A stretch of 63,164 nt of DNA, filler included, from Licmophora abbreviata (taxonomy: Eukaryota): NCBI GenBank assembly GCA_900291995.1. It is 8 parts of 8 records of this genome, joined end to end, with 100 filler letters (N's around TTAATTAATTAA, not from the genome) between each part and the next. Parts side by side here need not be neighbours in the genome. Positions count along the whole stretch, not along the records: positions 54,956 to 57,736 come from OLMU01001480.1; positions 57,837 to 63,164 come from OLMU01001481.1; 6 more parts are not named here. One strand, 5' to 3'. The notes beneath the pieces are model-generated. The model was not told where the DNA came from and searched no databases. It was given only the letters and a program-made list of their open reading frames with translations. The translations under genes were made by a program, and so were the position numbers. Positions 56,029-63,164 of this stretch are shown in pieces. Numbering within the stretch: the first letter of the stretch is position 1; each line of letters opens with the position of its first letter.

Positions 56029-58158
56029 TTACAGCATGGCAGGCATCTTTTGGAAGGGAAGCTTCTCGCGGTTTCGGTCCTCGCCGAGAATAGCATAATC
56101 AACAGTCTTGGATCCGAACTGTACAAGCATCATCTGAAATTCTTCTGCAGAGACGACCTCCTGATCAATGAGGACCTTGGCCAGGTGGTCAAGCAATGGT
56201 CGGTTGTCTTCGAGGATCTTCTTGGCGACCAAGTAGCTGTTGTTGACAAGACGTTCGACTTCGCCGTCGACGTTCTTCATGAGCCGACCACCCCACTGAG
56301 TAGGGCGTCGCATCATCATACGACCCATGAAGGGGCCTCCGCCGCTTGGTTCACTAAGGGCAACACGACCAACCTTGTCGCTCATGCCCCATTCCTTGAC
56401 CATGCGCTTGGCGATGTTAGCCACCTGTTGAATGTCGTTCGAGGCACCGGTCGTGACCATGTCCTCTCCGTAGATGATTTCCTCGGCGAGACGTCCCCCG
56501 AGAGCAACGGCGAGCTGAGATTCGAGGTACTGACGGCTGTACATACCCGATTCCAATCGGGACTCTTGAGGAGCAAAGAAGGTCAATCCTCCCGCACCGT
56601 TGGAGCGAGGAATGATGGAGATCTTCTGCACTTGATCGTAGTCAGGGACAAGGGCGCCAACGATAGCGTGTCCAGCCTCATGGAAGGCAACCAGTTCCTT
56701 TTGCTTAGCAACCTGGTTGCCTCCTTTCTTCTCAAGACCGACCATGACTCTGTCGACGGCTCCATCAATCTGTTCCCAGCCGATCGTACCCTTACCCTGG
56801 CGGGCAGCCGAAATAGCAGCTTCATTCATGAGATTCTCAAGCTGAGCACCCGAGAATCCAGGTGTACGACGAGAGATTGCTTCGAGATCCACATCTGGCT
56901 CGAGCGGCTTGCCACGGGAGTGCACACCAAGGATGCGGGTGCGGCCCTTGAAGTCAGGCAAGTCAACAGTGACCTTACGGTCGAAGCGTCCCGGGCGGAG
57001 AAGGGCCTGGTCCAAAATGTCGACGCGATTCGTAGCAGCAATGGTGATGATTCCAGGGTTTCCGTCGAATCCATCCATCTCGACCAGGATTTGGTTGACA
57101 GTCTGCTCACGTTCGTCGTTGCCACCGGCGAAGCCAGCACCGCGCTGACGTCCGACTGCATCGATCTCATCAATGAAAATGATACAAGGAGCGTTCTTCT
57201 TGGCCTGCGAGAAAATATCACGCACACGGGAAGCTCCAACACCAACAAACATCTCAACAAACTCGGAACCCGAGATGCTGATGAAGGGCACACCGGCCTC
57301 ACCGGCGACGGCCTTGGCGAGGAGAGTCTTTCCCGTACCGGGAGGGCCGTCAAGAATGACGCCACGAGGAATTTGACATCCGTTCTTGGTGTAGGCTTCA
57401 GGCTGCTTCAAGAAGTCGACGACTTCGGCAAGCTCCAACTTGGCACCATCGCATCCAGCAACGTCATCAAAAGTGACGCCCGTATCAGGAACCATCTGAA
57501 TCCTGAAAGTTGAGAAAGAGAGGGACGGGGCCGACGTGAGTAGATGTCCTTCTGTCTGTTCAGACATTCGACTACATTGCAGGCAATTCAAGATGACTTA
57601 CTGTGCCTTGGACTTTCCGAATCCCATTGGATTTCCGGGTCCACCCATACCGCCACCGCCCATGCCACCAGCTCCACCCCTACGGCTCAAAAAGAAGAGT
57701 CCGGCAAAGAGGGCAGCCGGGAAGATGAGACTCTGGNNNNNNNNNNNNNNNNNNNNNNNNNNNNNNNNNNNNNNNNNNNNTTAATTAATTAANNNNNNNN
57801 NNNNNNNNNNNNNNNNNNNNNNNNNNNNNNNNNNNNGTGAACCGTCGACGTCAACTCCAAGCAACTGGGATCCGTCGGCACTGAAGGTGACCTTCTCGAT
57901 CTTGTCGCCATTGACGAGTCTGAGGAAGTCGGAGTAGCGAACTTCAGAGGGTTGTCCGTAGGAGTTCTGCTGGATCACGGGAAGATTGCTACTGGAGCCT
58001 CCAGCTTCCGGAGCGGGAGGCATGTCCACGGCCATGGACATGAGTCTGGCACCTGACTTGTGCTGAGTTCGCTGAGCATTGAGCGGTGTGTGGGGAGCGA
58101 AACCGACGGCCTTGTCGGTCAATAGAAGAGCTGTGACTACGGCTAGGGAGAACTTCAT
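56029..58158 (-). CDS. ftsH: Nucleus-encoded plastid FtsH AAA+ metalloprotease (spans a contig gap)
   Basis: AVG-FAP presequence; [31 protein letters not shown] and HEAGH; intron 57601-57503; gap 57737-57836. Confidence 0.96.
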
Positions 58159-58781
58159 TGTGTATCGTGGTCCTGAGAGTGTATGTTATGAGGGGCACAG
58201 TCGACTGTTTCGATGAGCCAGGATCGATGATGAAGTGTTTGTCATGCCGAACAGCTCATCAGAACAGACCAAGATTTCGATTCGGATCTGTGTGAGCAAG
58301 AAAAAGCACGTAGAGCCTACATTGCACTGGTACTGAACGATTGATGACGTGTGTGGGTTGTGGGTGGCGCCGACTTGAGCTCATCCTGCGCTCCGTCTAT
58401 GACTGACTCATCGACCTCGTGGAGCTCGAGCGTCTGTTGACTTGGAACTGGCTGACTGTGTGATGACCGTGGTTGCCAACACCACGGTGCAACGACAGGC
58501 TACAGATCCAGTTATGCTAGCGTTCGACCCCGCTCATCTTGCTCCTCAGTAATGAGAAGACTGGCAAGTCAAATGCCGCCTTCAGCTATGTAATCAAAAT
58601 CAAATATTTGCTCTCTCTACTCTACCGGTAGCTAGAGAGACAAGCAATGCCGACATTGTCAACCATTCTGACAGCTACTACTAGTAGTCTTCCAATATGG
58701 TCACCGGCGCTACACTGCATTTAGCGCAACACGAGAAAGAGACTTCATGGACGTTTATCTTAAAAACATAGCGCCCAGCGA

Positions 58782-60257
58782 TCAATCACCTTTCTTGCCC
58801 TTTGATGGACTTTTAGAGTTGCTGGCTTTCTTCATCTTAGCTTGCACGGTTTCACTTACGAATTGGGCCAATCCGAGCAGGATCAAAACTGGAAGGAACA
58901 CGCATAACTTATCGAAATACGCGCCGCCTTGCTCCGTACCGAACTTGTCAATCATCATGTCGTGGACTGATACGACGATCCCGGGTAGCTTCCCTCCAAA
59001 TGGTGTTGCTACTAGGGGCAGCACGATCCGCCGGCTATGTGAGGGGGGTGTCGCAAAGACATACTTTCGCGCGACATATACAGGCCCATCCACTGTTGGT
59101 GGTAGAAAAGCGTAAAGAGTTGACATGTCCAGGTGATGTTGTTCGTTCGTATTGTGATGAACAATCGCCATTCCCTTACGCGGAATCACCTTGACAGGTT
59201 CGCTACAAGAAGGATACACAATTGGACTACCCTCCTCATTCAAGAAGATAGTGATGGTCGCCATGGCATCAAAAGATGGGTGGGTGTCGAAATGAGGATT
59301 CCAATACGAGCCCTTTTCCAGTCGATCAATCACAAAGTCGCTGAAATGAGCTGCTGGAAAACCAGTCACCTGCTCGATTCGTTCTTCAATCTGCTTTCCG
59401 GCATGGGATTGAAGAGCACCTTTCCATAGGACTGTTCGATCAATCTTGTGGAGCTTGTCAGTTTCAGAAGACAACAGCAACAGATTGTCCTTCTCGACCG
59501 GTTCCATCTTGTTTGCTGCCGATGCAACAAGACCATCACATTCCTCTTCCGTCAAAAGATTGTGAATCAAGTAAAGTGTCGGATCCACCGGCTCGACATC
59601 TTCGAAGAATGGACGATCTCCACCAGCGTAGAGGCGAACACGCTCTGGCATGCCGTGATTCACAATTTCGTCTGGAGTCATCTCCGGTGTCACCGTGGCC
59701 GTGGTCAAGACGTTTGCGGAGTTCAAGGATATCATAACCACTGGAATATCTACTTGTTCAGCATAGTCTTCATCTCCGTCATCGACTTCAAGTCGATATA
59801 TGTCGTCCGGATGCTTTTCATCAATGTTGACAACGAGCAGGGCTGCCGCCCCACTGGCTTTGGCAATCTTGGCCATGGTGAGACCTGATAGCTTTCCCGT
59901 GTTCGTCATGACTACCATATTGCCATCGACATCGTCGGCATTGTCTAGTTTGTCCACTTTTCCGCTAGCTTCATCGTCACCTTTCGTCTCAGCAACACCA
60001 TTGAGCGGGTTCGCGAGAACGGGCTGACATTCGACTTCAAGCAGTGCTGCCTGGGAAGTCTGGGGACCAAAGAAAGCCACCGAGGCATCAAGAGCCGAGA
60101 TAATAGCCGAATGACCCCATTCAAGTACAGCCGCTTCCTCGGCTGTCCTCCGCGGAAACTCACGGTATGAAAGATCCTCCAAAGATTTCGCACCATCGGC
60201 AGCCGGTACGCAAAGTGCTACGAGGAGGAAGAACCCAGGAAACCGGATCCAAACCAT
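58782..60257 (-). CDS. PA-domain + prolyl-4-hydroxylase-like type I membrane protein
   Basis: Signal peptide; AFFGP...AKIAKASGAAALLVVN...IPVVMIS PA domain; HNLLTEEECD, IEERI and HFD P4H-like core; C-terminal TM and KKGD di-lysine-type tail. Confidence 0.85.
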   Translation of the reverse strand: MVWIRFPGFFLLVALCVPAADGAKSLEDLSYREFPRRTAEEAAVLEWGHSAIISALDASVAFFGPQTSQAALLEVECQPVLANPLNGVAETKGDDEASGKVDKLDNADDVDGNMVVMTNTGKLSGLTMAKIAKASGAAALLVVNIDEKHPDDIYRLEVDDGDEDYAEQVDIPVVMISLNSANVLTTATVTPEMTPDEIVNHGMPERVRLYAGGDRPFFEDVEPVDPTLYLIHNLLTEEECDGLVASAANKMEPVEKDNLLLLSSETDKLHKIDRTVLWKGALQSHAGKQIEERIEQVTGFPAAHFSDFVIDRLEKGSYWNPHFDTHPSFDAMATITIFLNEEGSPIVYPSCSEPVKVIPRKGMAIVHHNTNEQHHLDMSTLYAFLPPTVDGPVYVARKYVFATPPSHSRRIVLPLVATPFGGKLPGIVVSVHDMMIDKFGTEQGGAYFDKLCVFLPVLILLGLAQFVSETVQAKMKKASNSKSPSKGKKGD

Positions 60258-60563
60258 GTCTATAGAAGTCACGGAGGCCAACAAGCACCGGTAGAAATCT
60301 ACAGCACGGCGGGTGATGTTGTGGTATCTCTTCAACGAAAAGATGACATGTGTTGGACGATTTTGTTGCGGTCGCGCCCAAGCAAGCTTTTCGGTTCAAC
60401 GTGGAGGCCAAACAACAGACGAAAGTATTGATTCGAAGTAGTCAAACGATGACGCACCTACCACAACTTTGTCACCGTGCAACAGCCGTTCAGGGATGCC
60501 TTCATAAGCTCACAATTTGAACACATCAGCCAGACACAGATCAAAGATCTCCTACCGGTACCC

Positions 60564-61236
60564 ATGAAGTCGATTGTTGCGATCCTCCTCGCCACTATGG
60601 CGGTTTCCGTGTCAGCCTTTACGTCCACATTCACTCCTTTGAATGCTAGTCCAGCTTTCGCGTTGTCTCGATCTGCGCTTTCCATGCAGGCGGAACGCAC
60701 GTATATCATGGTGGGGCTCGTCAAACAGATTCCATTTGGATGCGATCCTGCACACTGTGACTCACGCGTTTTCTCAACTGTCGTTTGCTCACTACTGCTC
60801 TTCGTAGATCAAGCCAGATGGTGTCCAGCGAGGATTAGTGGGAAATATTGTGTCGCGATTTGAAACGAAAGGCTACAAGCTTTCGGGCATGAAGACTCGC
60901 TTGGCGACCACTGAAATCCTCGACGAACATTACAAGGACCTGGTTGACAAACCTTTCTTTCCCAAGCTTCGCGAGTATATGCTGAGTGGTCCAGTCTGTT
61001 GCATGATCTGGGAGGGCAAAGAAGCGGTCTCGACAGGTCGTAAGATGCTCGGTGCCACGAATCCGCTGGAGAGTGCGCCTGGAACGATACGTGGGGACTT
61101 CTGCATTGAAGTGGGACGCAACATTTGCCACGGATCAGATAGTGTTGAGAATGCTGAACGTGAAATTGGACTGTGGTTTGAGGAGTCGGAGGTGCTGGAC
61201 TGGGAGTCCCACTCGAAAGACTGGATCTACGAGTAA
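60564..61236 (+). CDS. NDK: Nucleoside diphosphate kinase, plastid-targeted
   Basis: VSA-FTS presequence; [15 protein letters not shown] across intron 60711-60807; PGTIRGDF and RNICHGSDS. Confidence 0.96.
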
Positions 61237-61308
61237 GCAACATTCTAGCTAGCGAGGAACCGAATTTGATATTGCTATGATACTATCAAAGGCATTCACG
61301 TTGACAAT

Positions 61309-62993
61309 CTACAGTTCCATGTAGGTTTCATCCTGGCTATGATTTCCTTGTCCTTCGACTGGGCCTTGTCTGCCCACACACTCGTATGAGTGGACAAGTC
61401 GCTTCCGTGTAGCTGAGAACCCCATGTTGGGGAGCACATCCGCCTGTAACATGAAGAAATTAAATTTCAAGAGTTTTCGGCCAGGGGCTTTGTCTACATG
61501 GTTTTCACGATCCCATTCCTGACAGAGATAACCCCAAAGAGCGTCTCCGTCTTCCCCATCGAGACCAGCCAGGTACGGAAAAGAGCGCCATCGACCTGGG
61601 CGCGAAGTCGACGTGCACGGTGCTCCTGCACCGGGCATATCCCAATTTACGCCATCGGTCTTGCTCCACACGTCGACCACGGATCCATCAGCCAGTCGCC
61701 CAGGGGCAATTTCCCACGTTACATACCTGTTAAAAGGAAGCCAGCATGAGCATCAACACTAGCGATACCCACAAGGTGGCAACATTTGGACATGGACTCA
61801 CTCTTCCGCGCCCACAAAGACATTCCAGCGGTTGTGGAGCAAAGTACTCCATATATGTTTGGTACTCTGATCACACTCCTCACTCATCGCTTCCAACCAA
61901 ATGCAGCCTCCAACAAGGAATAGCAACAACAGATACGAGATCCAAGACCGAATCCTACTCCAACCCGTCCAGGCTACCCTATTGCCGACGACAGGCACAG
62001 CAGCCTGCCTGGACGGAAGAAATAGAGCCCAAGGGCAGCACGCCACCAAGCTAAGCAACGTCGTATTCCGCAGTGTCAACGCGATTCCAATGTGAAGAGA
62101 GCAGATAAGACCCACAGTGGTGGCGACCAGAGCCTCATTTCCGAGGAAGTTGCCGAGCAGTGCCACAGGCGCGGACAGAAGTTCCACATACACCACTACT
62201 GGGGTGAGAAGGCGCAATCCTTCGGGACCAAGGAGTGCGTACATATATCGCGCCCCTATTGTGTGTCGTGCATAAGTGTCTAGGGCCGGAAGTGGGTCAG
62301 CGCCGTACGTCCAGCCGCCCAATGGGTCCATGAGCTTTCCACCGCCCGCGTCCAGGTATGTCCATAGGACCTGCAGTTTGATAACCGCCGTAGCAAGAGA
62401 AACAACCAGTCGTTCCCGATCGCCTGATGACTTGTACGGAACCACACTCCAGCATCGATCCAGTGGCAAGAAAATGGAGTAGAAGAGTAGGTAATGAAAG
62501 TAGCGGTCCAGTATAAAATTCAGCCAAGTGTTTCGAAGCGTCAAGCTCAAGTACAGAAACCAAGAAACGAACGCCATGACTCGACTGTAGTATCCAACGG
62601 TAAAAAGAGCTGCAAATATGACTTGCATGGATAAGAGAATCTGTTGGAACAACAAGTCCCCTGAGAGACAGTGAACACAAACCGCTTTGTAGAGAGCATC
62701 GACCTTTGGCAACAAGAGCCGTAGGGGAAGGGTCCTATCGCAACCAAGAGTACGAAGAACATGTCAACGTGAGCAGGCAGCGATCTTGCAATATTCGAGT
62801 TGGTACTTGTATGTCTGGCGAGTGCTACTGACCCTTCGTCTGAATAGTACGGCTGTAGGAATCGAAATCTCAGAAACAACTCGGAAAGGAGCAATAGACC
62901 GAGAGCTATCCGGAAAGCAGCCAACGCTCTAGTGCTGCATCCCAGAAGAGGCTTCCATCCTTTCACCACCTCTTCTTTGTCGGAGTTCGTCAT
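61309..62993 (-). CDS. HTTM-domain (vitamin K-dependent carboxylase-like) membrane protein
   Basis: Exons 62993-62833, 62734-61802 and 61726-61309; [28 protein letters not shown] and W.VF motifs. Confidence 0.8.
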
Positions 62994-63164
62994 TGGGGGT
63001 ACAGGTAAATGAGCAGAGGACCGAAGATGCGAAGGCACATCGTGATTACACAACTTGCAACTTTCATCGAAGGTCAAAAGCACAGGACAAGCAAGCCGAG
63101 ACGAAAGCGGCGGGAAAGCGGATGCCGGTGTCAAACTTCTCTAATCGTTGGTTACCCAACAAAT

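Noticed and set aside
56050..57513. 487-aa antisense ORF over ftsH (similar ones over RNR1, STI1, cbbX)
   Set aside because: Codon-register mirror of a conserved, codon-biased gene; no independent protein features.
1..63164. tRNA, rRNA, CRISPR arrays or prokaryotic operons/defence systems
   Set aside because: None recognised by eye; the DNA is intron-containing eukaryotic sequence. A covariance-model scan would be needed to exclude small ncRNAs.

Overview
Gene-dense eukaryotic nuclear DNA, almost certainly from a diatom (likely pennate; inference). Evidence: short GT-AG introns, bipartite plastid presequences with ASAFAP-type motifs, a nuclear cbbX and a silicanin-like gene. Eight contigs are joined by 100-nt N/TTAATTAATTAA/N linkers. 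About 30 protein genes are present, including proteasome alpha3, STI1/HOP, YbeY, AdoMetDC, a nucleotide-sugar transporter, transportin-SR, RNR1, SHMT, NAA10, CbbX, a USP36-like protease, DGAT2, a rhomboid, ATG7, FtsH and NDPK. A CpG-depleted island of degenerate transposons (Helitron-like and copia-like) lies at about 29.3-34.9 kb. The best candidate for an undescribed system is the S-adenosylmethionine decarboxylase locus. Its CDS is split by a +1 frame change at a Ty1-like CUU-GGA-C site, and its spliced 5' leader carries two overlapping uORFs, one ending in a UGAUG stop/start overlap. Together these suggest polyamine-responsive translational control. Caveat: the assembly has probable homopolymer indels elsewhere (RNR1, FYVE-lipase), so a sequencing error is not excluded. 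Other notable items are a frame-essential 5-nt microexon in a STRA6-like gene, a CbbX with a repetitive Pro/Ala N-terminal extension, a 94-bp inverted repeat, a dsRBD-like/PPR protein and a probably inactive PA-P4H fusion.
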